In this document: one piece after another, positions 13,726 through 25,314 of the stretch
How positions within the stretch are numbered: position 1 is the stretch's first letter
Layout of the letters: the number at the start of each line of letters is the position of its first letter
Notes under the pieces: generated by a model
What the model was told of the DNA's origin: nothing
What the model saw: the letters and a program-made list of their open reading frames with translations, nothing else
Databases searched by the model: none
Assembly (NCBI RefSeq): GCF_036321535.1
Contig: NC_087437.1
Coordinates: forward strand, 20,524,001-20,588,000
Length of the DNA stretch: 64,000 bases
Source: Camelus dromedarius
Lineage: Eukaryota
Direction of reading: 5' to 3'
Position numbers and translations under genes: made by a program

Positions 13726-14159
13726 AAACTTCACGTAAACCAAGTATCTGTCATATAGTCAAGGCTCAATGAATGGCACTTATTATTCCAATCAAATTAT
13801 CCAAGACTCATTGGAATGACTTCACTTCACTCATGGAAAGTGTTCTTAAATTAGCATCTTCGACTCACCACAATGATGAGGAAGACTCTTGGTTGAAAAT
13901 TACATTTTAATGAAAAGTATCATGGACCTGCTTCTTCCTCCCCATTCACCTTCTCTTCCCCTCACCCCAGTCAGCTTCCTCTGAGAGCACTCAGTCCAAG
14001 CCACCAACTTCAAGAGCTCCCTAACACATTTCTTATTTCCTTCCTTGCTCTCCTTCCGTCCAGCCTCCACACATTAACAGAGTGATCTGAAATTGAAAAC
14101 TGGGTCTTTGCTCTACTATGCTTAAAACCCTCCAGTGGGTTTTCATCTCACTTAGAACA

Positions 14160-14576
14160 TGTGGACGATGTCACCTGCCAGATCAGTAAACAAAGGATGT
14201 TGTGGCCATCAAGCCAGTGGCCACAAGTCAGTGCTGCCAACCTGACTGTGCACCCTGAAGGGATTCAGGATGGAGAAAAACAGGATACTGCACCAGATAG
14301 TGAAGGGACATATCAAAGGAATGATTTCAATGGGCCCAGATTCTTACATCTTCCTATACATAAAAAGCCCTAAATTCATTAACTTGAGATGCCTGGTCTT
14401 CTTTAATTAGCAGTAATCTTTTGATGTTCAGTTACCTGGTTTTTTGTTTGTTTGAACTCATATATCCTAACTCCTCCCTTACCTTTTCAGAGCAGTCTCT
14501 CAGAGCTATCTGAGAGGAAGTCCATCAAATACAATATAACTCTCAACTTTTAGGTTGTGCTTGGTCTTGGTCAACA
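14160..14576 (+). mobile_element. ERV1-class solo LTR, about 417 bp
   Basis: TG...CA termini, degenerate 4-bp TSD aaca/aata, cleanly interrupts the L2; related copy near 17.3 kb. Orientation inferred. Confidence 0.7.
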
Positions 14577-14758
14577 AATAAAATCCTTGGCATGATCTAC
14601 AGGTGCCATCACGTACATGATCTGGCTCTTGGCCACCCATCCAACTCCATTTCCAACCAGTCTTCTTGCTCATTCTGCTCCGGCCCCACCGCCTTCCTTT
14701 TTCCTTCAACTCACTCAGAGCTTTTCCCCCTGCTATTACTAGAAATGCACTTCACCCC

Positions 14759-15127
14759 TGTTACCGGCTGAATCATATCCTCCCAAAATGTGTATGTCGA
14801 ATTCTTAACCTCCAGGACCTCAGCACGTGACTGGATTTGGAGATAGGGCCTTGAAGAGCCAATTAAGGTAAAATGAAGCCATATGGGTGGGCCCTAACCC
14901 AGTAAGACTGGCATCCTTACATGAGATTAGGACAGGGTCACACACAGACTGAGAGACGATCGTATAAGGACACGATGAGCCAAGGGGAGAAGCCTCAAAA
15001 GAAACCAACCCTGCCAACACCTTGATCTTGGACTTCCAGCTTCCAGAGTTGCAAGAAAATTAATTCCTGTTGTTTAAGCGAGCTGGTCTGTGGTATTTCA
15101 TTCTGGCAGCTCTAGGGAACTAATGCA
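14759..15127 (+). mobile_element. MaLR solo LTR (MLT1A/B-like)
   Basis: TG...CA termini, 5-bp TSD acccc/accct; similar to the copy at 2296. Confidence 0.88.
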
Positions 15128-15849
15128 ACCCTGTCTTCACATGGCTGATTCCCTCTCTTCACTGTCAAGTGTCCACAGAAGCATCATGTCCTCAGAGAGT
15201 ACACCCCTAACCCCTCAGCCTAAACTACATCTTCCCGTCGTTTGCTTTTCTTCACAGCAAAATCATTTCACAGCATGAAATTATTTTATTGGTTGACCAG
15301 CATATTAGTCTGTTGTACACCAGAATATAGGCTCCATGAGACCATGCATCTTGTCTGTCTCGATGCTCTGATAGGACAGTACCTGGCATAGGGTAGGCAC
15401 ATGGAGAATATGTATTGAATGTCCACGATGCCAAGTGTCCATGAGGCTACAAAGACAAAGATGAAATGGTTCCCAGCCTGGGGAAGTGTGGGGCCCGGAG
15501 TGAGCCAGGAATCCTGGCTTTCAGGGAGTGCATGGGCCGGGGGAGTGGACGGGGCACAGTCTAGAGAGGCCAGCACAGAGCTGTGGAAGCACACAGGAGG
15601 GGCCGGAGGGATTGGAACATGTCTGAAAGCCCAGAGGAGTGAAACAACTGTGTGAATGTGGGCAACACAGCAATTCAGCTGGCCTAGAGGGATCTGTGCT
15701 GATAGGAATGGGTGGGAAGACGGGAGGGAGGGCAAGACAGACTTCACCATAAAGTGCCAAGCTCAGGGAGTTGAACTTTCTTCTCTCTCTCCCCACTCCT
15801 CTGTCTCGCTCTCTTTCTGTCTCTCTTTTATTTTCCTTCCTCTTCTTCT

Positions 15850-15935
15850 TTTTCTTTTTTTTTTTTTTTAAGATTTGTTTTCTGTTTTTGAGGGGGAGAG
15901 GTAATTAGGTTTTTGTTAATTTTTAATGGAGGTCC
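15850..15935 (-). mobile_element. Truncated Vic-1-like SINE tail
   Basis: ggtaattaggttt...tttttaatggaggt, shared with the copies at 8.8 kb and 37.0 kb. Confidence 0.6.
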
Positions 15936-15939
15936 TTGT

Positions 15940-16680
15940 CTAATTAGCTATAATTTTGTTCCATTAGCAGATGCTTTAGGATTTATAGTATATATCTTTA
16001 ACTTATCAAAGTTTATCTCCAAATGATAGCGTACTTCTTTGCATAGATATAAGAAACTCATAACTACATTTTGGCTCATATGTTTCTGCTTCTTTGCATG
16101 CCTGGTAATCTCCGCATGCCAGACATTGTGGATTTTACCTTGTTGGGTGCTGGATATTTTTGTACTCCTATAAATAGTTTTGAGCTTTGTTCTGGGATGC
16201 ATTTAATTATACACAGTTTAATCCCTTCACATCTCACTTTTAAATGTATGAGGCAGGACCAGAACACAGTTTAGTTGGAGGCTAATTGCTCCCCACTAGT
16301 GAGGCAAGACCTTTCTGAGTACTCAACCCAAGGCCCCATGACTTGTGAAATTTTCCATCTAGACCGATGGGAACAGGCACTATTCCTGGCCCTATGTGAA
16401 TGCCAAATACTGTTTTCTCTAATTCTATGAGGTGGATTTTTCCCTGCCTCAGGTTGTCCCTCATGTACATACACTGAGCAGTACTCAGTTGAAAATTTAA
16501 GGACCCCCTGCAAATATCTGGGGTTCTTGGTACTGTGCCCCTCAAACCCAAGCTGCTTTGGTCTCCCTGGACTCTCAGCTGCGTGTCCTCAACCCAGAGA
16601 GTCTGCCAGGCTCTGCCTAATTTGCATGTTCCTGGGCTGTAGCCTGGAAACTCTCTCCAGGCAATGAACTGGGGCAATAT
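15940..16680 (-). mobile_element. Ancient L1 fragment (L1M/L1ME-like 5' and ORF1 region)
   Basis: tttgcatgcctggtaat...gccagacattgtggattttaccttgttgggtgctgg resembles ancient L1 sequence. Confidence 0.55.
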
Positions 16681-16685
16681 CTTCC

Positions 16686-16845
16686 AGTAGCTCATGGTGA
16701 AAAAGAATATGAAAACAAATATATGTATATTCATGTATGACTGAAGCATTGTGTTGTACACCAGAAATTGATACAACATTGTAAACTGACTATACTTCAA
16801 TTTAAAAAAAGACTAAAAAATAAATTAATTAATTAAAAAAAATAA
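16686..16845 (+). mobile_element. Young 5'-truncated L1 3' end with A-rich tail
   Basis: tgtacaccagaaattgatacaacattgtaaactgactatacttcaat plus A tail; same family as 53424-53703. Confidence 0.8.
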
Positions 16846-17244
16846 GATCATCTAAGAGAGAACTTTGCTTTATAACCAGTGGACTAACAGCATAGAAAGC
16901 CCTGATGTCAACACAAATCATCTTACGCTTTCAGGTTTATATTAAATTTTGTTTGATATGTCATTCTATATGCCAAGACACATCCAATCTCTCTGAAGGA
17001 ATCTTGCTGTGAGGCTCATATATCTCTTAGCTCTGATTTCTTGTTTTGCTAAATAAGTTTCATTCATGGATCAGCTCACTTTACACTTCCTTTTTCCCTC
17101 TCTCTCTTTCGTCTCATACTAGACACTGAGGATGTTTCTTATTCCAAATTGTGCTCATGGATGTTAGACATTTATTGAGAGGTTTACACTACTGAAATGG
17201 AATGAATGAATGAAACAAACATAGATGAATACATTTTAAAAAAA

Positions 17245-17565
17245 TGATAGGGGAGGAGCCTGTATATACATGAAATTTTTGGCTGGGAAATACACAGAGT
17301 CAAGCATAAAAAGATTACTGCTAATCACAAAGAACAGACATCTCAAGTTAATGATTTTAGTGCTCTTCTATGTATGGGAATATGCAAGAAACTGACATCA
17401 CTGAAATTCTTCCTGAGATGTGCATCTTAACTGTGTAGGGGCCCAGATATCTAAAAACACAGAATGCTTCCAGCTTTTTCCATTCTGAATTTCCCTCAGG
17501 GCGCACTGGCACTGTGGGCTGTGACGGAATGATGAGCACTGTCCTTTGTTCTTTTTGTTTACAGT
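17245..17565 (-). mobile_element. ERV LTR fragment related to 14160-14576, opposite orientation
   Basis: aaaagattactgctaatcacaaagaacagacatctcaagttaatga is close to the reverse complement of 14376-14422. Confidence 0.7.
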
Positions 17566-18429
17566 GTCATATATTTTGCCTGGTTTTTAATGCTATTTCT
17601 GATCCCTGTTACTCCATTTTGTTTGGAACTGAAAGTCTTACAGAGCCAAAATTAGGGAAAAGCTGAGAAAACAACTTTTAAGTATTTCCCAGTCAATGAA
17701 AAGACAAGAAACAAACTGTTTAGCTGTGGCCAAGAAATTGGATGGCAATGGTTTCACTGACCTCCTGAAAGACAACATTAAGAGATTCACTGAGGAGCAG
17801 AGAGAAACATTAAGTACAAAAGGTTCTTAGTATCTCATACTTCTGGGAGATGTAAAGGCTTTTCCAAGGTAATTCTGACTCCAGGCTGTGGAGCCTTCAC
17901 TTTCAGCCTTGACCTTTGACCTAACCCAAGTGCAATGTTCCCCAGCCCTTATCTCCGTTTCTCTTCTGTTCACTCAACTACTAAGCAGCATAAGAGGGCA
18001 CTGCCTGGGGTCGAGGCTGGAGAAGATAGGAAAGCCACTGAACCGGTTCTGGGGTTGGGAGTGTGTATGTGTGGAGGGAGAACCCAAACTCCAGGGAACT
18101 GGCCACTTACGAAATAAAACTGTTATCACACTCTATTCCCCACCAAATATTTGTCAAGTGCTGCTTTACGCAGCATTGCTGCCAAACCAGAAGTCTATCC
18201 TTTTAACTTTTGGCCCTTGACTCTGGGCACTGATCCAGTGCTAACTTCTTGCCAGGTACTATTCCAGAGAGAAAAGATCAACTACACTTTTTGGCTTTGG
18301 GGGCTGAAAGACTCAAGCCATTAGAGAACACTCCAAGTGCAAATTCTAGTTTTTCATTTTCAGACTTAAAAAGCCCATAGGATACCCAGCACGATGAATG
18401 GAGAGACTCCACCACCATCATGGCACTTT

Positions 18430-18680
18430 GTGGTGAAATTTCCCAAAACCAGGAATGAAAGAAAGAACCTAAAAGGTTAAAAGGGCATAAAAAACATGTT
18501 ATATACAAGAACCAAAGCTACAGATGGAGTCAAACTTCTCAATATTAGCTCTGGGTGCTAGAAACCAATGGGACAGTGACTTCAAAAGACAGAGCGAAAA
18601 TAATTTTCAATTCAGAATCCTATGCTTAGCCAAATTATCTAATATGAAGATAAAATAAAAGCATGCAACATATAATAATG

Positions 18681-18711
<31 letters not shown>

Positions 18712-19410
18712 TAATAATACCTTCTACATATCTTTCCTTTGGCAGCTGCTGAAGAATGTACTTCACAGAATACAGTAGCAAATAAAGAAAAAGAAAAGTC
18801 AAAAAACATGAGTTCCAGGAAACAAGTAAGAGGACGTAAATCCCAGGATGACAATCGTGCAGCCAAGAAAGCAACTAATTCAGGCTGGAGCAAGAGGATG
18901 GAATAATTCAGAAGAGAGGTCTCCAGAGAAAGGGGAAAAAATGGGATTAATAGACTGATATTAAAACATTTAGAAAAGCAACATTTTTAGGCCATTGATA
19001 GATATGAAGCATGTGGAAAAACTGAAGGATAGGTAAAGAAAATTAAGCAAAGGGGAAAAACGCAATTATTAACCAAGAAAAGTAAAAAGTTGTACAAGAA
19101 CAGCATGTATACCATTTGGCTTTGCAGGGGACAAAATTAACAGACATGATAATAAGATAAATAATTATTGATTTAACTAAAAAATTGTGACACAACTTTG
19201 AGAAGAGGGAGCGGGGAAAGAGGGAAATACAGGAGTGGAGTCGGAAAGCTACGTCTGCATCTCTTACAGCCTGAGGTATAATAGAGAACACCTGAAATCA
19301 GGAGATCAAGAAAAAACAGCATGAATTGCTAGTATTGAGAAATATGGAACTAAAGAAAAAGTAAAAAGTTAAAAGTTAAAAGCAGTTACCTATAGGAGTG
19401 AAAATGAGAC
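18430..19410 (+). mobile_element. Ancient L1/HAL1 ORF1-like remnant
   Basis: A-rich; attttcaattcagaatcctatgcttagccaaattatc resembles the ORF1 FQPRILYPAKL region. Confidence 0.5.
18672..18719. repeat. (TAA)n microsatellite, imperfect
   Basis: About 15 TAA/TGA units read directly. Confidence 0.95.
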
Positions 19411-19484
19411 AGTGAGGAAGTCATTATGACTTTTCAAATGCTATATATTTACTTTTTTACAATGATGTGCAGTGCCTGTTCTAT

Positions 19485-20392
19485 TTTTTTTAATTCTGGT
19501 AAAATTTCCATAACATAAAATTTACCATTTTAAGCATGTCTGAGTGCATGAGTCAGTGTCATTAAGTACATTCACATTAAGCAACCACCACACTATCTCC
19601 AGAACTTTTCCATCACCCCAACCTGAAACTTCATACCCACCGAACACTAATTCCCCAATCCTCCCTTCCCCCAGCCTCTGGGAACCACTGTTTCACTTTC
19701 TTTCTCTAAGAATTTGACTATTCCAGGTACCTCATATAAGTCAAATCCTATAATATTTGTCATTTTGTGACAGCTTATTTCACTTTAGCATAATATCTTC
19801 AAGGTTCATCCATGTTGTAGCATGTGTCAGAATGTCCCCACTTTTTAAGGCCAAATATTCCATTGTATGTATATATCATATTTTGTTTAGCCATTCATCT
19901 GACGATGGACACTTAGGTTGTTTCCACCTTTTGGCTATTTCAAATAGTGCTGCTATGAACACTGATGGGAATGAATCTATTTGAGTCTCTGCTTTCAATT
20001 CTTTTGGGGATATATCTAGAGATGGAATTACTGGATTATATGGTAATTCTTTGTTTAAATTTTTAAGAAACTGCAATACAGTTTTTCACAAAAGCTGCAC
20101 CTTTTTATATTTCCACTAGCAATGAAATGCACAAGGGTTCCAACTTTTCCACATCCTGGCCAACACCTGGTATTTTCTCTTTTTGTCTGTTTTGTTTTGT
20201 TTTTATAATAGCCATCTTAATGGATGTGAAGTAGTATCTTATTGTGATTTTGGTTTGCATTTCCGTAATGATTAGTGATGTTGGGCAGCTTTTCTTGTGC
20301 TTATTGGCCACTTGTATATTTTCTTTGGAGAAATGTCTATTCAAGTTCTTTGCTCATTTTTTTTAATTGGGTTGTTTGTTTTCTTTTATTAC
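19485..20392 (-). mobile_element. Old L1 3' portion (L1MA/MB-like)
   Basis: ORF2 remnants [17 protein letters not shown] and [18 protein letters not shown]. Confidence 0.9.
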
Positions 20393-21087
20393 TTTGAGAT
20401 AAAAACAAAGCATTAATGTTAAAAGCAAGATTCAAATGCCAACAGGAAAGTTTCAGATTCAAAACAGGAACCCTTGGTAAGACCCTTAGATGGTTTCTTA
20501 AATGGGAGGCAGGGCACAATTTCTGTATTACCACAAACTATTGTTGAAGTCCCAGGCATTGCTCACACAAAAGTGTGTTACACCCTTATCTCAACGAAGT
20601 CTATCCATTTCTTTGCAAAGTCTCACTACCTTTCTAATACTCTTGTCCTGGAGGGTAGGAAAAGTTGGCCGATTTTTGTTTTGGGTTTTTTTTTTTTCCC
20701 CAAGCTTCCTGAGACACAGTCCTAAATTGCTCCCTGAGGGACAGCATTTCCAACAAGCTAACTGAATCCTTCTGGGGAAATCCATTTCTACCAGCTCCTA
20801 ATCTATTTCCATGGCCAGCTCTGCTCATCACCTGTGTATCAAAGGAGAGCCTTCAACCACAATTGGATTGAAATGTTACACAGGGTGGCTGATGGGAGTG
20901 GTGGCTCAATGGGACATCAAACCTGCATTTGGGAGCAACTACTCTCCAGACTCCTCTGCGGGCTCAGACAGAAGTGCACATTTTACCGTCTGGGCACCAC
21001 ATCTTCTTAAATTCCTCCAAAGCCCCCCAACTTTTTTCTTCTAAGAAACTATAGCTAATATTCTCAATAAACCAATAAACAATTGAG

Positions 21088-21310
21088 ATGGTGCAGAACA
21101 GAGGATGAGAGTAGACTGTGGAGCCAGACTCCCTGGGTCTCTGTCCCAACTCAGCTACTTGCTCCTTGAATCACCCTGACAAATCCTCTAAGCTCTCTGT
21201 ACCTCAGTTTCCTTATCTGTAAAATGTACCCCCTTGAGTTCCAAAGAGGATTCATTTAAATACTTGGAAAGTGCTTCCAACAATACCTAGCATATGGTGA
21301 GTACTGTGCA
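21088..21310 (+). mobile_element. MIR SINE
   Basis: ggagccagactccctgggt...ctctgtacctcagtttccttatctgtaaaatg. Confidence 0.8.
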
Positions 21311-22544
21311 AATCTAAAGCTCTTTGAGATGATTACCATCACAGCACTGAGTACCCAAAAGGACGCTTACCCAACTCTAACCAATGATGTCCTCTGATGA
21401 GTAGGATTTAGGAAGGGAGGTTGATGTGAGGATTTTAATTTCTAACTCATGCACCTCTGTAGTGGTTGAACTTATTACATTTTATTACAAGCAAAATAAG
21501 GAAAACAATTTTAAAAAATGGCATCTGGCTAAGAGCATATAAAACAATCTCTCTGAACTTCCCACTGAAATATCAAAGAAAACACAAAGATTAGGGAAAA
21601 AAAATCCTACCCAAATATTTAAAACTAATGTTTCCAATCTAAGGCTTGAAATCTAAATGAATTTTCTGTACCTACAAGACCAATAGAACCTAAGCCCCCA
21701 GGAAAAAAGGCATCACTGATCCATCTTGTTCCCCTCACAAACGGATAGCTATTAAGAACTTTTCTTCAGCCCACAGAAACTAAAATTTGAGGTCAATATC
21801 AATCAGGAAATAGAGTAGCAGTCCCCTCTACTTCACAATGAGCTTGTTTGTTTTGAAGCAAGCAACAAGTTGCTGCCACCCTTTCCCCATCAGTTTCTTT
21901 CTATAGTCAGTTTTTTAAAAAACTACAACTCCCAGAAGACCCCTGGGCAGGCACGGGGCGACGGGGTAGGGGGCAGAGGGCAGGGGCAGGAGGAGGAGGT
22001 ACAGGTAAGCCTGACACCAAAGCTAGGGCTTAGCCCCACCCACCCTGCCCTAAAATCATTCTGGAAAAGCACCCGAAAGCTTGTTTGTTTAAGGGGCAAG
22101 GGCTCAAGAAACCTCATCTCTGTGCTGGTCTTGAAGGAATCACTTGAAGACATTGACCAACAGGAATGAGGTAAGAAACGTATAAAAGAGCTGGCAGATG
22201 TAAGTGCTGTGGGGCCTCCACAAACATGCCAGGCAACTCAACCCTGGAATCCCACAGAGAATGATGAGAATGAGGGCCTCAGCAACCACACCCCAGGGGG
22301 TGGCCCATGACCTACCGGCCAGCATGTGCAGGGGGCAGAGTCTCCTTCCACGATGGCATCAGAAGGAGGTTCAAAAGGAAATGGTCACATTAAGAACTCT
22401 TATTGCTTTTATGGGAATAACTTACTGCACGTAAGAACTCTGGTTACCTCCTTACCAGTTTCAGAAGCTAAGTTAAATGTAATTACTATGGCATTCACTA
22501 TGCCAAATACATGGAGCTACAGTCATTGTCTTAAAAGAAATACA

Positions 22545-23175
22545 TCTAAAATGGTGAGGTCACTTTGGAAAACAGTCTGGCAGTTACTCAAAGGGTTAAA
22601 CAGAGTTATATGACCCAGCAATTCCACTCCCGGGTATATACCCAAAAGAACTGAAAACATGTCCATGCTGAAACTTGTACACAAATATTTATGGCAAGAT
22701 TATCCATGATAGCCAAAAAATGAAAACAATCCAAATGACCATCAGTTGAGAATGGATAAACAAAATGTGGTATATTCATACAACGGACTATTATTCAGTC
22801 ATAAAAGGGAATGAAGTACTGATACGTGCTACAATGTGAATGAACCTTGAAAGCATTATGCTTAGGGAAACAAACCAGACACAAAAGGCCACACATTGTA
22901 TAATTCTACTTATATGAAAAGTCCAGATTAGACAAACCCAAAGAGATAGAAAAGAGATTAGTGGTTGGCAGAGGATAGGGAGAGAGGGGAATGAGAGTGA
23001 CTGCTAACAAGTATGGGGTTTCTTTTTGGGGTGAGGAAAATATTCTGGAATTAGGTAATGGTGATGGCTGTGCAACCATGAGAATATACTAAAAACCACT
23101 GAATTGTGCATTTTAAATAGGTGAATCTCATGGCACGTGAAAATACCTCAATAAAACTGTTACAAACAAATAAAG
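22545..23175 (+). mobile_element. L1MB-like 3' end
   Basis: ctttggaaaacagtctggcagtt...gacccagcaattccactcc...ctcaataaaactgtt. Confidence 0.88.
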
Positions 23176-23329
23176 AAACTTCCCCCCTCCAAATATTAAT
23201 ACAACAGTTTTGGGAAAGTACAGCCAGGGTGTCGATTTATATTTCTACTTTTCTGAGTTGTTTTTGTTTTTGTTTGTTTGTTTTTCAAAATTTCCCCCTC
23301 TAATGTGCAGCTCTTACTTCACCAACTGA

Positions 23330-23720
23330 AGCTCTGGAAACAGAGACACTCCACTGGATTCATATCCAAGCTCCTTCTGGATGAACCAGATAATCTTGGG
23401 CAAGTCAATTATTCTACATCTCAGTCTTCTCATGAAAAATTAGGAGGATAAGATGGATGAGCTCATAAGGTAGTTGTGAGAGTTTCATAAGAGAATGCTG
23501 TAAAACACTTAGACCAGAGCCTGGCATATTATTAAGTGCTCAAGAAATATCAGCTGTTGCTGTTTTTGTTATTAAGTATACAAGGCAGTAAAACAATACT
23601 ACTAACTTTTGTAGGTAGCTCTTATGTAAGCACTGCTATAGTGCTTTACATAATTTTAAGATGTTTGGTCCTCACAAATACTTTGTGTGGTAGATACTCA
23701 TGCCCATTTTACAGATAAGC
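23330..23720. mobile_element. Two MIR fragments, (+) then (-)
   Basis: cttgggcaagtc...agagcctggcata...gtgctcaa; then cccattttacagat. Confidence 0.65.
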
Positions 23721-23992
23721 ATTTACTGTGGTCTGGATGAACCCTTGCCAGTGGCATGCAGTCTGTACATTTTGTGGGAATTGAGGAGCAGGTAAAGAGC
23801 ATAGAGAGCTGAGGCAATCAGGGAGGACTCTGTGAAGACAGTGGCCCTAGAAAGAAAGGAAGGTAGGCCCTGGATAACCCCACATGAGTGGGAAAGGGTG
23901 GTGAGGGCCTTGCTGGTGAAATGGAACTTACCAAACAGAGAAGTGGAAAAATACTAATATTTGTTCATTGTGGGTGACGAATACAGATTGTG

Positions 23993-24097
23993 TTTATTTA
24001 TTTATTTTATTTTATTTTATTTTTATGGAGGTACTGGGGATTTAGCCCAGCACCTCGTCCTATGCAAGCACTTTACCATTAAGCTATATCCTCCCCT
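23993..24097 (-). mobile_element. tRNA-Ala-derived SINE (Vic-1-like)
   Basis: (TTTTA)n tail then atggaggtactgggga...gctatatcctcccc; TSD-like agattgtgtt/agatagtgtt. Confidence 0.85.
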
Positions 24098-24897
24098 AGA
24101 TAGTGTTATTTTCTGCACTTCTGCACCTTCGAAATAACGAATCAACAAAAATTTAAAATATTTAATCAACATGTTCTAAAGGAACAAAAGACTTTTACCT
24201 TCAGTCTTTGACCTCCTTACGCATACATATAAGAAACAATGGCTGGTTAGAAGAATGAGTAAATGCTAGTTCTTTTTTTATTCTTTCGTAAGTAAACTTG
24301 TATGTTTTAATTCTATTTGCCTACTTAGTCACTACGCCTTGGAGATTTTTTTCTATATGGATCTACCTAACCCGTTGTTACAATTGCATAATACTCCACA
24401 GTAGGAATGTTCCATGATTTATTTTCCCATTCTCCTACGGATCACAATTTTCCACTATTACAAGCATTGTTCTAAAACACTGTACTGTTGTTTGAGACCC
24501 TGTACGAGTATCCTTGTACAGCCTTTTCGTGCAATGTTTCAGCGTTACTCTGAGGTAGATACCAGGAAGCGGAAATGCTGGGTCATAAATCCAATTTTTA
24601 AAACGTGAATCAAGCAGCGGGCAAATGGCAAATTTCTATACCTCCCTTTAAATTTTGCGGTGAATTTAAAACTGCCTTTAAAAAAAAAAAAAAAGTAAAT
24701 CAGAGACTGGGCACTCTCGCGCCCCTACTCCGTTTGCGTACCGGGAATCCAGGCGGTTTCTCACAGAATCTGGGCCGGGAGCGTGGAGCTCGGAGCCGCG
24801 CGACCGCGTGGGCCCAGGCCGCGCCGGGTGCAGCCTTCCGCGCCCGCTGGGAGGTGCGAGGGCCCGTTGACCTACTACCCTCCGGGCACGCGCCCTA

Positions 24898-24993
24898 GCC
24901 CCGCCTCCCTGCCGCTTTCATTGAGAAACCCCTTAGCGATCACGTGAAAGAGGCATGCCGGCTTCGTGACGTCACGCAGAGCGGACCAATGGG
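24898..24993 (+). promoter_or_regulatory. Proximal promoter motifs: GC box (24898-24909), E-box TCACGTGA (24940-24947), full CRE TGACGTCA (24967-24974), CCAAT box (24986-24990)
   Basis: Consensus motifs read directly, clustered about 300 bp upstream of the ATG; no TATA box seen. Confidence 0.75.
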
Positions 24994-25259
24994 AGCTTCT
25001 GTTTATGTCGGGGGGGGGAGGTTGTCGGAATATTCACGCCCCCACCGCCGCCGCGCTGCCCCCGCAGCGCCGGTGGTGAGCGCCCAGCTAGAGCGGGAGG
25101 CGGCGTGACTGCAGCGCCGCGGGAGGGCCGCGCCGGTCGCCTTCTGCAGCCGCGTCTCCGTCAGCTCCCGATCGCCGTCACTGGGGCGCCGCGCGGCTCC
25201 AGTGCGGGACGGAAGCTGCGGGCGGCTAGATCCGCGTCCCGCCTCAGCGCCGGGAGGAC

Positions 25260-25277
25260 ATGCGGGAGAGAGAATGA
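25260..25277 (+). other. Upstream ORF MRERE* overlapping the main start codon
   Basis: ATG CGG GAG AGA GAA TGA; the TGA (25275-25277) shares bases with the main ATG (25274-25276). Confidence 0.6.
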
Positions 25278-25314
25278 GCCAGAGGGACACGCTGGTGCAT
25301 CTGTTTGCCGGAGG
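25274..25314 (+). CDS. SLC25A36: SLC25A36 coding exon 1 ([14 protein letters not shown])
   Basis: ATG at 25274 within the CpG island; donor GG|gtacgt. Confidence 0.95.

Larger units (their letters stand above)
13990..15420 (+). mobile_element. L2 3' region split by two LTR insertions
   Basis: cttaaaaccctccagtgg...aataaaatcc...; 3' end acagtacctggcatagggtagg...tattgaat. Confidence 0.7.
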
